NCBI RefSeq assembly: GCF_963506605.1
Contig: NC_083277.1
Location: forward strand, 98,394,001-98,458,000
Direction of reading: 5' to 3'
DNA length: 64,000 bases
DNA from: Zootoca vivipara
Lineage: Eukaryota
In this document: piece by piece, positions 51,101 to 63,610 of the stretch
Layout of the letters: every line of letters begins with the position of its first letter
Numbering within the stretch: the first letter of the stretch is position 1
Made by a program: the position numbers and the translations under genes
Notes under the pieces: model-generated
The model's input: the letters and a program-made list of their open reading frames with translations, nothing else
What the model was told of the DNA's origin: nothing
Databases searched by the model: none

Positions 51101-52584
51101 ATTTCCATACAGAACAGTACCAGGTTCATCACCATTTCAATCTTTGAGTAGAACAGAGCGTAATAACATTTAGTTCGTGGGATAACTCTCCCATTAGCCT
51201 ACTATCGCAGTGCTGTACTTAATGCCATTACATCTGCCTGAGGTACGCATTCTCTCCAGCTTTAGTTCATGTGACTTGACTATCTCTATACTTGGACTGG
51301 AACCCATGTGTGGGCCAAGCTTTGATGTTGAAACACTAATTATTCCACCTGAAACTTCAGATTATAATGTTCAGAGCCACGCAAAAAGTAGCTGGCTAGG
51401 ACCCAGGAAATACCTGATTTATCTTGGCCTTGTCTGGGTGTGGCCTTGTACAAGCCGCACTTCCTGTTCAACTCACCTGATGTTTTCTATTTCACTTTCT
51501 TCCCTAGGAATGAGGGCAAGAAGAAGACACTGGAAAGGGGTTGCACAGGAGAGTGCCATGTGAAATTTATTCTGTGAATGATGCGTGCAAAATGCAACTG
51601 GCATGGCAATGGGCTTGACACACAGCAGTGCAGATAGAATGTGCCCAGTGCATTTAGTTGCCCAATGGGCAACTAAACTCCAAATTTGGTTTGGTGCTTT
51701 GTGTGCCCTCAACAGATTGCACAGCCTAGCTAACGAAAAGCTGCAGCTGTCAATGGGTGTTGTCGTTGGGACACTAGGATAAATGGGCCACTGATCTGGT
51801 ACAGTGTTGTGTTTATTTTGTTCATAGTTAAATCCCTAAACAAATGCTAATCTGATTAAACCTTTTCTCTCCCTCTCCAGTAAACAAGCTTGCTAATATC
51901 TGCACTTGTTTGCATGATTATTATTTCAGGGGGAGGGAGAGGGGATTTTATTTTTGTTCATCAGTTATTACCAACCATCTCTGAAAACTCCTGCATATCC
52001 TGCGTAGTCCTGCTACTCCCCGTTTCGGTAATGTTAATTTTTCCAGATCACACAGATCATGATATTTATTCCAAAGCTATTCTAGCAAATGAGGGAAGAC
52101 TTGGCAGCTGAATTGCTGTTCTGAGGATTCCCACGCCTTGTAACTAAAAAGCCAAACCGTTAAAATAGATATGATTCTGATATGCAGCCAATCAAATAAA
52201 TGCGTACATTCACCCTGTTAACTGTTTAATTATACTGTACAAAATTAGCCACAACTCTCACATCTACTTTTATGCTCCCGTATCCATTAACTTCATTATT
52301 TGTCAATACCAAGCTGTCTCGTCAAGCTACAAAAAGCTATTCATTTTTTAATTTTAATTTTTGCTGCCTTGCTATTCCTTGGAAGTCTCACTTCCTCCCA
52401 TGTCAGTATGCATAGCACTGCAGGATCAGTCAGTTTTATGATGCTTTTATATTTGTTGGAAGCCGCCGAGAGAGGCTGGGGCAACCCAGTTAGACAGGTA
52501 GGGTACAAAGAATAAAATGATTAATATTATGCATGCTAATAGCCACCCTATGGCAGAAAGTCAGTATTTGCCCAAAGCTACCCA

Positions 52585-52935
52585 GGGACGCGGGTGGCGC
52601 TGTGGGTTAAACCACTGAGCCTAGGGCTTGCCGATCAGAAGGTCGGCGGTTCGAATCCCTGTGACGGGGTGAGCTCCCGTTGCTCGGTCCCAGCTCCTGC
52701 CAACCTAGCAGTTCGAAAGCACGTCAAAGTGCAAGTAGATAAATAGGTACCACTTCAGCGGGAAGGTAAACGGCATTTCCGTGTGCTGCTCTGGTTTGCC
52801 AGAAGCGGCTGTGTCATGCTGGCCACATGACCTGGAAGCTGTATGCCAGCTCCCTCGGCCAATAGAGCGAGATGAGCGCCGCAACCCCAGAGTCGGTCAC
52901 GACTGGACCTAATGGTCAGGGGTCCCTTTACCTTT
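52585..52935 (+). mobile_element. Sauria-type SINE
   Basis: Full-length copy, TSD TACCCA. Confidence 0.9.
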
Positions 52936-53145
52936 ACCCAGTCAGATCCCATGCTGAGGAAGCATTAGAATGAAATTCAACACACAGTCTGTTGCACCCA
53001 TGGGCCACCCCTTCTATAGCTGGGTCTACCCTCCCAGGAATACAACCACAACGGGACCCACATTAAAGCAGAAGCTGCAAGTTGGCTGGACTACACAGGT
53101 CAGTAACTAGGAGCCAAATAAAAACATAAGGGGGCTGCTACTCAC

Positions 53146-53300
53146 CAGTGTTATGTTTGCTTGAACCACTGCAGCAAGACTTTAGAGTTGCTAGTGAGTG
53201 TATCTCTAGCTTTCAAACACTCTGGAGAGGTTTCAAAGGGGTTTGCTAGATTTATTCTGCTCCTCCTAATAGGATTATATCTCTTCTTTCTAATCCGGTA
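53146..53300 (-). promoter_or_regulatory. Candidate PDE6G non-coding first exon and photoreceptor promoter
   Basis: GTGAGT donor at 53145-53140 (minus); AT-rich element ~53250-53256; CRX/OTX-type GGATTA (53272) and TAATCC (53291). Confidence 0.5.
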
Positions 53301-55605
53301 TCAACCTCAATGACAGGTACATTGTAGGCTGAATGTACAGGGGGAGTGGAGGAAATGTATGGAAAAAATTCCAAATCAATTGTGATAGGCTCAGCGTCTG
53401 TCCGTTGCTTCTAGAGCCAGTAGACAAATGCACGCGCAATGTTCTGTGTCGTTTGAAGGCTCATATATACTCCTATGCCAGCAGACACTGGTGCCATATG
53501 AAATCAAAATATCCTATTTGGGCCTGCAAACACCCACTTCTGTTTTATATGGTTTGGGCAGGAATGGCAAGGCTTAGTGAGAGGAGGGTGGAGGCATCCA
53601 GCAGAACAACTCAAATTACCGGTAGTCTAATACAGGTGTTATCTATGTTTAGCCAGAAGTTGTGGAATATTTGTAAAAACAAGATCTGCAATAACCAAGT
53701 GCTGAGTGACTGTGGGAGACGATGGCTGCAGGCAAGGCTTCTCAATGAATTGCACTCAGGGCAGAGAAGGGTGCAAGAGGATGCACAGAGGTTCCCTTTC
53801 ATGACCAGCTGTTCAGCAGAGCAGTAGGAAACCGCAGGTTGCAGGGAGCCAAGGCCATTTTCACCCTAATGGTCTATATTGCTTGCAAAATGTTCCTCCA
53901 CACCACACCCCCATTAGGAAAGAAGAGATCGTTACAAAGCAAAATGTCCTGAAAGGAAGCTTGCCATCTGGCTAGAAAACCAAACCAAACCTGTTCTGAC
54001 CTGTTTTTGCACCTTAAAATATATGCCCATCAGGTTGCTGTTGGGAGGCACTGCCACAGGAACTGGTTTAAAAAAGAGTTGGTGATCTTAAAGTAAGAAG
54101 CTATACTCCGTGCAATAATCATGAACAAAGGGCTGTCTGTGTAAACATAAGGTGGCATGATGAATTCAAGGCTTCTGATGTTCTTCTTTCTCACAGGCAA
54201 GAATTCCCACCAATGAATTTCAGTACAATGAGTTCCACGCCACTTGCACCAAATTAAGCATTTTTTAAAAATGTTGATACACAAAGTGATCCAGCTGTGT
54301 TCACTTAACAGAATGTAGCTTAATCCTATTTACTAAAGTCTAGCTAGCTGTACTTCGTGGAAGGTTCAGCAGTTCCATTAAAGTGACCTGTGGTTAGGCT
54401 GTCTTGAGAAATCCTTTAGCGCAAGGGGGTTAGGAAAGGATCGTAAGTGATATTATCCTGGTAGGCAAACCAAGGACAAGGGCGGTGGTTTGCTTTTCTA
54501 GAAGGGGCAAGAGGAAATGCAAAGCTTTGCATAAGATCCTTCTCTGTTTTGAAATGGGGTTTGTGGCTTTTTACCAATGAGGCAAGGCTGGTCTGAATTA
54601 AGTGGAATTAACACAGCCAAATGGAAATTTCTCTCTTTTAGGAATGCCATCTTTTTAATTGGCTCCTTTAACAGCAGGCACAATGTTAATCCATTCTGCA
54701 AAAAAGGTTCACTGGCAGATTTGTGCCAGTTAACAGTGATCTTAAAGGTACAAAGCCAGTTTTGCCAGTTGTTTTGTGGTCAGTTCGCAATCATAGGCAG
54801 TGCTGTATATGCATGTATCACATGGCTAGGCAGCTCCCCAATAATAATACTGTATTACACAGAAATAGATGCCTCTGATACATTGGGTTTCCAGTTGGTT
54901 GCCCCTTTTGGCCTAGAAGGGGCATGCACTTTTGTGGGTGCTAGTTCTCTTCTACAAAAGCCTAGAAAAGCTCTTCCTATCATTGAGGGGGGAAAGTAAG
55001 TGCTACAATTGGCAGCACTGCTGGAAACGGAGACAAAATCTGCCAAGCCCTCATCCCTGACCAATATTGTTTTGCTGTATGCTTAGCAGCATTGCTGATT
55101 GTAGGCCCTTTGTGGGGAAAAGTAGAGGACAATGGAAACCATTCACTTTTATGGCTCATCCTCAATCTATGTAACAGGGCAGCGATAAGGATTACTGAAA
55201 TAATGTAGGCTAAGCACTTTGAACAGTCATAATAAATAACATTATCATCCTACTGAGTGGCACTCTTGTTATATCATCAGCCAACCTGAGGTAGCCTTAA
55301 CTCCAATCTTAAACCAGCATTTTTTCCATCATTAAATAATAAATACAGTTAAACATAATCATCATCATAGGATACAGGATAAGGACATCTTTTTAAGAGC
55401 AGGTAGTTTAATTTTACCAGAATATTATCATCCCGATAGGCTTAATAATGCTGGGACTCCTGTATAAAATTAGACTTGCCCCTTCTACTTCAGAAGGGAG
55501 AATAAACAATCAGGATATATTTTTCCTTCAGAATTTGTTATGGCCCAAGACCAGGTGTGAGGTATGCAGCTATGCCAGTGTTGTTGTTTTTCTTTTTAAA
55601 AAGTT

Positions 55606-56052
55606 TCAGTCTTTCTTCATGCGGAATCTGATCTCCATCTTTAAGATTATTTTTATATTCTCATCCTGTATGTGTTTGTCCACAGCTGCTAATGCCTGTT
55701 CTCCACCGTCCTGGTAATACTTCAGAAGCTCTTCAGTGTATGCAATCCACACACAGTTGTGGCATCCACTCATGCAACAGTTTGTGGGGGGGAGAAGTGT
55801 TGGAGGGATGGCAAAAGCAGAATCTTTGTCCTCTGAAGAAGCAGCCTCTTCCTTGGAGCTAGGCTCCTTGCCCATCAGGGAAGTAGCATTTTCGGAACCA
55901 TTGCCCTGTGCATCTGCGTGCATGTACCGCCGTCCATCGACTATCAGCACTGCAGGGAACCTCCACATGTTAACTAAGCACTTGTGATGGGATCTGTACA
56001 AAGGCACTGTAGTACCACTATTGTGCGGGTGCCTGAATAGATAGATGCATTC
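55606..56052 (-). CDS. OXLD1: OXLD1 exon 2
   Basis: TTCTTGCTAG acceptor, phase 0, Oxidored-like Cys motif. Confidence 0.92.
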   Translation of the reverse strand, partial: ECIYLFRHPHNSGTTVPLYRSHHKCLVNMWRFPAVLIVDGRRYMHADAQGNGSENATSLMGKEPSSKEEAASSEDKDSAFAIPPTLLPPTNCCMSGCHNCVWIAYTEELLKYYQDGGEQALAAVDKHIQDENIKIILKMEIRFRMKKD

Positions 56053-57555
56053 CTAGCAAGAACAAAAACATAAAGAAATGGATCAAACCCTTTCTATATC
56101 CCCACCGCTTATTTCCAGTACTTCCCATCCATCCCAGGGTGTGACCTGCCAGTTTTCATTCAGGTATGTCCAACAGGTAGATCGTGATCTACCAGTAGAT
56201 CATTGGATGTCTGTGGTAGATCACTGGCTCCCCCCAAAGAAGCTCAACAACTTTGGCTCCCTTAAAAAAGCTCAACATTTTAGCCCTGCACCCCCCAAAA
56301 CAGTGCTCTCCTCCTCCTTAAAAAAAGCTCAACAACTTTGACATGAACTTCCAAAAAGGGGGTAGATCACTGCCGGTTTTTTAACTCTGTGAGTAGATCG
56401 CAGCCTCTTGGGAGTTGGCCACCCTGTTATTCATAGAATTTGTAACATGTGCCATGCCGTATATCCCAATTGCAGTATCAGTAATGACAAATTCAAACTC
56501 CGAACGGTTTAAAAATCTGCGACATATTAAACTCGTACGTCTTGCCTCTAGGGCAAGCAGCCATCCTCTTTGAATCTGCCCAACCTCCTGTTAAGGCCAT
56601 CTCAGTCAGCAGCTATCACATTTTGAGGCAACAAGTCCTGTAAATAAAGTGTGTGTTGTGGGAAGTCTGAACAGAAATGGAGCGTCAACAAATGCATGTC
56701 TACTAAATGCCACACAGGGAGATGCAAACCTGTGGTCCTCTAGGTGTTGTTACTGGCCTTCCAACTCCCACCACCCCTGATCCATGGACCCTGAGGGTTG
56801 GGGGATGCTGAGGACTTGGGAGAAACAAGTGGAAAACCCTCCCATCAAGTGTTAAGGAGATAAAGAACTACACAACCTTCAGAAGACATCTGAAGACAGC
56901 CCTGTATTGGAAAGTTCTTAATGTTTACTGTTTCAAAATGTTTTTGTATATGTTGGAAGCTGCCCAGAGTGGCTGGGGAAACCCAGTCAGGTGGGCAGGG
57001 TGAGTGCTTTTTTATGGGGGTATGCAGTACCCGCACTTTTTTTTCCCCTAGAAGAAAAACACTGGTTAAAAATGTGCTGCTTACCGTAACAACTTCATGG
57101 CAAGTACCGCCCCCACTTTTTTAGAAGAAAAACACTGGACAAATGAAATACAGTCAAACCTTGGTTGATGAACGTAATCCGTTCTGGAAGACTGTTCAGC
57201 TTCCGAAACATTCGACAACTGAGGCGCGGCCTCTGATCGGTTGCGAGAGCTTCTTGCACTCAAGTGGAAGCCACGTCAGACATTCGGGTTCCGAAAAATG
57301 TTCAAAAACCGGAGCATTTACTTCCGGGTTTTCGGCATCCGGGAATCAAAACGTACTATAACGGAGGTGTTTGGGAACCAAGGTTTGACTGTAATGATAA
57401 TGAAAGCTGCCTGGAGCTGCTATGGCAACCCAGTCAGATAGTTTAAAATGTGGCAGTAACTGTAACAACTTCATGGTGAGGACCGACCCCTTTTTTCTAG
57501 AAGAAAAACACTGGGCAAGGTACAAAAAATAATGATAATGATGACGATAATGACG

Positions 57556-57588
<33 letters not shown>

Positions 57589-58046
57589 GGGGTAATAATA
57601 ATTGTGATCAGAGTCTTTCATGGTGGAGCAGCACACAAATTCCCTTCTAGAAACAGTCGCCACAACATTATTGCTATTTGTTATGGTGCCTTATAAACAA
57701 ACCACAAGCCATCTCCTGAGGCTTGTAACTCTAAAAAAAAAGGGAAAAGGAAAAGGAAAAGGGAGACTCCGGGGTGCCTCTTCAAGCGGGCATTTTAGGC
57801 ACAGTTGCTCTCTCCCTTTGCCTCCTCCCAGCAGCTCCTCCGTCTGCGGGCAAGAGCGACCGGCTGCCCAGTGAACGCGCTGAGGACCAGGCATGCAATT
57901 CTGCCCTTCAGCAGCTTCGCCCTCCGATCCGCCCCGTCGCTGGACCCCCTCACCTTCCCCAGCGAGCGCCCGGCCTCTGCTGCAGCCTGAGACCCGGCCA
58001 GCCGCCGGCTGCAGCGGAGGGCACCCACTAACAGCAGCAGCAGCAT
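55606..58046 (-). CDS. OXLD1: Oxidoreductase-like domain-containing protein 1, two exons, ~179 aa
   Basis: Exon 1 57954-58046 ([18 protein letters not shown]..., transit-peptide-like) plus exon 2 55606-56052 with [15 protein letters not shown]...[13 protein letters not shown]; synteny. Confidence 0.92.
57151..57391. mobile_element. Tigger/pogo-like MITE
   Basis: TA-CAGTCAAACCTTGGTT ... AACCAAGGTTTGACTG-TA. Confidence 0.85.
57954..58046 (-). CDS. OXLD1: OXLD1 exon 1
   Basis: 93 nt, AAG|GTGAGG donor, CpG island. Confidence 0.8.
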
Positions 58047-58280
58047 CTCCGGATTGCCTGGGAAGAAGCCACGCCCCGTCCCTGCACCGGGCGCCGGGAC
58101 TGGCATCTCTCTCGACCAATGGCTTCAGCGGCTTCGAGGGAGGCTGTGGGAGGGGAACGACGAGATGTCAAACGGTGGGCGTATGAAAAAAAAAGATCAA
58201 CCAATGGGGAGCGGGCGAAGGGGGGCACCGGAAGTAGAGCAGGCGCACGTGGGTGAAGCGGAAAGGAAAGAAGAGGCGCG
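58047..58280. promoter_or_regulatory. Bidirectional CpG-island promoter of OXLD1/CCDC137
   Basis: Start codons are ~235 bp apart head-to-head; two CCAAT boxes (~58116, 58201), ETS/GABP CCGGAAGT 58228-58235, CACGTG 58246. Confidence 0.8.
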
Positions 58281-58354
58281 ATGGGCAAAAGGAAGGTGCG
58301 GACGCAGGCGGCGCCTGCAGCCGCCTCGCGGGAAGGGGCTGCTCCAAGGGACAG
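58281..58354 (+). CDS. CCDC137: CCDC137 exon 1 ([24 protein letters not shown])
   Basis: GCGATGG Kozak; CAG|GTGAGT donor. Confidence 0.8.
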
Positions 58355-58661
58355 GTGAGTGTTTATCCCGCTGGTGATGTTTCGGGGTGCAAAGCGCTTC
58401 CTTTGCGTTGTCCCTGGGGGTGCTTGCAAGCAACAGCCCTGTAAGGTAGGCCCGCGGGATGCTCATCACCCTCATTATGGCAGACGCGGGGCTGAGGATG
58501 AAAGGTCAGCGGCTTGCTTAAAAAGCAATGTCGGGTTTCGGTTTGGCGCTTCCCGGTTGTGGGGTAAGCGTGCCTTTCGGGTTTCTTTATGTCTCTTTTT
58601 GGCACTGGGAATGTCAGCTGTGTCTGGAACCCGGCTTAAGAAGACCAAAACTCACGCAACA

Positions 58662-58704
<43 letters not shown>

Positions 58705-61700
58705 GTGTAATAATAATAGTAATAGTAATTTATTATTTATACCCGGCGGCTTCCAACAGAATACAGTATTAAAATACAATAATCTATTAAACATTAAAAG
58801 CTTCTCTAATAAGGGCTGCCTTCAGATGTCTTCTAAAAGTCTGGTAGTCTTTCTTTGACATCTGGTGGGAGGGCATTCCACAGGGCGGGTGCCACTACCG
58901 AGTGTAATACTCAAGCTTGAGGTTCATTGTTTTTTATTCAGATGATTAGTAGTAGTGGACTCAGTGTTGGATATTCTGCTGTTTCTCAGGTGTTCATCCT
59001 AATCTTGTGTTGCTTTTGGGTAAATATAATCAATTGCCACTTTATACCAGGCGTGTTTAAGCTGTTTCCCATCAGGTCTTAGCTTCCCAATTCCTGTTGC
59101 TGGTCAGAGATTATGGGAGTTTTAGCCCTGCAACATCTGGACGGGCATATACTAGGTACCCTTGCTTAAAACATTGATGTCACAGTGTAATAAATGATGC
59201 TGTTGCAGCTGTCCTGTATGTGGGTAATGTTGTAGCAGCCCCGTACAGATGGTGTAACCTTGACATTCTAATAAGTCCCTACCTGTACTCATTGTACACA
59301 TATGACTGCATATACTGCATCCACAGTAATTATTAAGTTTGCAGATGATACTACCATAATGGGTCTAATTGCAGGCGCAGATGAAACAGCATACAGGGGG
59401 GAGGTTCAAAAAGTATCTACATGGTGGTTGGAGAATAACTTGCACCTAAATCTTAGTAAGACAAAATAGATGGTGTTGGACATCCAGAGAAAGAGAGGGG
59501 AACCTGCCCCGTTGTATATGGGGGGGGGAGCTGTGTGGCCTCCTTTAAATTCCTGGGAGTTTACCTTAGTGAAGACCTCACTTGGAAAATCAACATAACT
59601 CAGGTGGTCAGAAAGGCCCAACAGAGACTCCATTTCCTCAGGGTCTTGCGGAAGAATTACGGTATGTTAAACAGCAACTGATGAACTCCTTTTATCCGTC
59701 CACAGTAGAAAGTGTCCTTTCATATCGTATCACAGTGTGGTATGCTGGCCTGACAGCCACGGACAGAAAGTCTCTACAGAGGGTGGTGAATACAGCACAT
59801 GATATCATGGGCTGTCCCTTGAGTCCGCTAGATGACATCGCAAGGGATCGTTGCCTTAGGAGAGCGAGAAAAATTCTCAGGGATGACTCACACCCCAGCC
59901 ATCACCTCTTTAATATTCTATTCTCGGGCAGGAGATATAGAAGTATAATCAGCCGTACCAACAGGCTAAAAAATAGCGATGACAATAAAGGTATTATTAG
60001 TATCAGTATTAGCCTGTGAAATTGTGAGCACAAGCTTTTGCCTGCTAGTTGCCTGTGCGATGGACAGCTGCTCTAAACCTGTCATTTGAGCGGGTCTTCA
60101 GGTCGTACTTACCAAAGGTATTTTGAAATTTTAATTGGTGGTAGCTGTTGTTGAAACAAGCTTTACAACATTGCCAATAACCCCCCCCCTTTAAAAACCC
60201 TGTAGACAAATGAAGAAGAAAAAAACTCAGTGCCTGGATGAGCAAGAAATTCCTTTTCGCCTGCGGGAAATAATGAGGAGCCGTGATGAATTAAAGAACC
60301 CCAAGAGCAAGAAGAAAAAGAAAAAGGGTAAAAAAAGCAGTCTTCATATTTTTCCAACATACGCTATGGACCCAACTCTGATAGCTCAGTTGGTGAGAGC
60401 ATGGTTCTAATAACACCAAGGTTGCAGGTTCGATCCCCATATGGGACAGCTGCATATTTGTGCATTGTAGGGGATTGGACTAGATAAGGCATCCCCAACC
60501 TTCAGCTCTCCAGATATTTTGGACTACAATTCCCATCATCCCTGACCACTGGTCCTGTTAGCTAGGGATCATGGGAGTTGTAGGCCAAAACACCTGGAGG
60601 GCCGCAGGTTGGGTATGCCTGGACTAGATGATCCTCAGGGTCCCTTCCAGCTCTACAATTCTAGGATTACTGTCTCTTGACCATAATAGCACATGTGTGC
60701 ATACACACATACACCCCTCTGCAACTTTCAGTTCATTAAGCTTTGGCATGGGGAATTGATCGGTTGTGGATTTGTTTTCATGAAAACTGGGTGTAAACTT
60801 ATTAAGGAAATAAATAACCCATTGCAAATCCATTTGTCTTTTGGCAACAACATCAGTTGCCTGCTTATGGCAGAGGGCCAGCAGCTATCTGCTGTAAGGA
60901 GCTCTGTAATAATAAACACAATCAATGCAAAAAATGCATGCTATATTGGGAAGTTAATGGATTCCAATGTAATTTGATCCTATATTCAGTTGCAGAGCCA
61001 GTCCTCCTAGCTAGCACCAGGGCTGTGACATTTTGGGGGTGGGGAAATCTAGGGTGGTTGGACATGATGCGACACCCATTTATGCCCCACAGAAGTATGT
61101 TAGACCGCTCTAGCTTGGACCATTGTCAGACACTGTGCTTGTCAATTTTTGTTTTGCAGAGGGCCAGGGTAAATAAAGGTATTTTTGTCTTCATCTTGCT
61201 TTATTTCTCTGGGGGCTATTAGGCACAGTAAGACTGTAATAGTCTGTGTTTCTGTCTCAGAGAAGCAACCAGCGCATATACTGGAGGGCGACATACCTGT
61301 GCCGAAATTCAAGCAGCGCAAAGGAGAGGGAGACTCTACCTACATCGGGCGCATTGAGCGGGAAACTCAGCGTGTGATGTTCCTTACCAAATACCAGCTG
61401 CAGCGTGAACCCGAAAAAGAAGAGCCAGCCCCAGAAAAGTCCCAGAGGAAGAAAGAGTAAGCTTGATCCCTTAATTTGCAGCTAATGTTAGAAACTCAGA
61501 TATACAGTTTAAGTACACAGTTGGTTCCGGAAGTCTGTACTTAACCTGAAGCGTACTTAACCTGAAGCGAACTTTCCCATTGTTAGTAATGGAAAATGGA
61601 TTAATCCGTGCCAGACAGGTCCATGGAGTACTCAACCTGAAGCGTACTTAACCTGAAGCGAACTTTCCCATTGAAAGTAATAGACGGGGGATTAATCCGT

Positions 61701-62744
61701 TCCAGACGGGTCCGTGGAGTACTTAAACTGAAAGTACTCAAACCGAAGCGTACTTAAACCGAGGTATGACTGTATCTGTATAAGCTAGGTTAAAGGTGCC
61801 AGACGTCCCTGTTTCCTGGGGACAGTCCCCGGATTTACAAACCAGTCCCCTGACAAAATCAATCTATTTAGTAGGAAGTTGAAAAGTGTCCCCGGATTAA
61901 TTGAAAAAATCTGGTAAACTTAAGCTAGGTGCCAAATGGCTCCTTAAACCAAGCTTACTGTCACCAAAATGAAATGTCTCATTGCCATTTTGGGGCAAGG
62001 TGGCTCTAAAGTCTTATTTTTCAAATGATGGGCTGACTGTGATTGATTCTCAGTTAAACATCTGGCTGGTTCAGATGACAACCTTGAGCTAGGGTAAGAA
62101 CTTTGAGAACTTAAAGAAGAAATGTCACTTGATCCAGGGACAGTCCATATCTATACTGGCCTATTCCTACCTCTTTTTCTTAATGGTGGCACAGAATATC
62201 CTTCACAACTGTGAGCAAGGCAGTGGGGTGGGGTAAGTGAAGACAAGCCACAACAACAAACTCTTAACATTCTTCACTGCTCCTGCACAAACTCTTAACA
62301 TTCTTCACTGCTCCTGCTCAGGCAGCACAGAAAAAGCATTTTGGTTCTTGAAATTCATTCCAATTGTGCAGATAAAATATGATTGATAGAATTATACAGG
62401 TTGTGGTATTAGTGTGTGCAAACATTTCAGATCCAAGGATCTCCAGGCATGCATCTCAGGGTGGTGGAGATGTCAGGCACCATTCTGGCACCCAGGCATC
62501 TTCACTTGACCCCAGGTGGCCAATAACCAGGTACACAATGCCTTTTATTGACACAGTATTTTTGTAGCCCTCTTTGCTCTGATTGGGGCTCTGAATTGTA
62601 TTCCATTCTTCCTTTGTTGAAATTCATGTGCGTCCTTTCTTTAACAAAACTTGCTTTCTAGATTTCAGAAGAAGAAGCTGGATAAAATCCGTAGGAAGAA
62701 AGAGGAGAAAAAAGCAGCATTGCTGGAGAAAGACTTTCTCAAAG
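58281..62744 (+). CDS. CCDC137: Coiled-coil domain-containing protein 137, coding exons 1-4 (gene continues beyond the window)
   Basis: Exons 58281-58354, 60206-60327, 61261-61456 and 62662-62744 are phase-consistent; [16 protein letters not shown] and [13 protein letters not shown] motifs; synteny. Confidence 0.92.
58662..58730. repeat. (AAT)n microsatellite (another at ~57527-57600)
   Basis: Seen directly. Confidence 0.9.
59280..59975 (+). mobile_element. Degenerate Rex1/Babar-like LINE RT fragment
   Basis: [34 protein letters not shown]; [16 protein letters not shown]...LQRVV; frameshifts and stops. Confidence 0.8.
60206..60327 (+). CDS. CCDC137: CCDC137 exon 2
   Basis: [22 protein letters not shown]. 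Confidence 0.92.
60376..60668 (+). mobile_element. tRNA-Ile(AAT)-headed SINE with CR1-like tail, interrupted by a hAT MITE
   Basis: TAGCTCAGTTGGTGAGAGCATGGTTCTAATAACACCAAGGTTGCAGGTTCGATCCCC head; tail GGACTAGATGATCCTCAGGGTCCCTTCCAGCTCTACAATTCTA. Confidence 0.85.
60486..60621. mobile_element. hAT MITE (same 136-bp family) nested in a SINE
   Basis: 8-bp TSD GACTAGAT at 60478-60485 and 60622-60629. Confidence 0.9.
61261..61456 (+). CDS. CCDC137: CCDC137 exon 3
   Basis: [24 protein letters not shown]...KSQRKK; AG/GTAAGC. Confidence 0.92.
62256..62317. repeat. Perfect 31-bp tandem duplication
   Basis: ACAAACTCTTAACATTCTTCACTGCTCCTGC twice. Confidence 0.9.
62662..62744 (+). CDS. CCDC137: CCDC137 exon 4
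   Basis: [27 protein letters not shown]; AG/GT. Confidence 0.9.
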
Positions 62745-62985
62745 GTAGAAGAAGTATTTTTCAACGTATGACTCTTCGGCTTTCTTCAGAGTTCCAGAAC
62801 ACCCCAAATCTCTGCCACAGAATTCCAAGGATTTGAAAACCACCACATCTTTCTGGATAATTCCTGCATGTATATTTTTTTCAAGGGGTGCTTTGAGTGT
62901 GCATTTATTTTTGTGGTGGTAGTTCTATCTAGATAATGAGAATTTCATACTGAGAAGAATTGTGATGTTGACTTATGTTACAATA

Positions 62986-63610
62986 GTAAAGGTAAAGGTA
63001 CCCCTGACCATAGGGACCCAGGCCTAGGGCTTGCTGATCAGAAGGTCAGCGGTTCGAATCCCTGCGACGGGGTGAGCTCCCGTTGCCAACCTAGCAGTTC
63101 GAAAGCACGTCAAAAATGCAAGTAGATAAATAGGAACTGCTACAGCGGGAAGGTAAACGGTGTTTCCGTATGCTGCTCTGGTTCGCCAGAAGTGGCTTTG
63201 TCATGCTGGCCATATGACCTGGAAGCTCTACGTCGGCTCCCTCGGCCAATAATGCAAGATGAGCGCGCAACCCCAGAGTCGGTCACAACTGGACCTAATG
63301 GTCAGGGGTCCCTTTACCTTTACCCCTGATCATTAGGTCCAATCACGGACGACTGGGGTTGCAGCGCTCATCTCACTTTACTGGCCGAGGGAGCCAGCTT
63401 ACAGCTTCCGGGTTATGTGGCCAGCATGACAAAGCCACTTCCGGCGAACCAGAGCAGCGCACGGAAACGCCGTTTACCTTCCCGCTGGAGCGGTACCTAT
63501 TTATCTACTTGCACTTTGACGTGCTTTCAAACTGCTAGGTGGGCAGGAGCTGGGACCGAGCAACAGGAGCTCACTCCATTGCAGGGATTCATTGCGGGGA
63601 TTCGAACCAC
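62986..63610. mobile_element. Nested Sauria-type SINEs (plus-strand copy ~63013-63321 inside a minus-strand copy)
   Basis: Outer tail GTAAAGGTAAAGGTACCCCTGACCAT resumes as ACCCCTGATCATTAGGTCC after the inner copy. Confidence 0.85.

Noticed and set aside
53333-53827. 164-aa ATG-initiated ORF between PDE6G and OXLD1
   Set aside because: No recognisable family, no splice or codon support, and no gene expected here from synteny
60376-60448. Functional tRNA-Ile gene
   Set aside because: It continues directly into a SINE body and CR1-like tail, and the stems have mismatches
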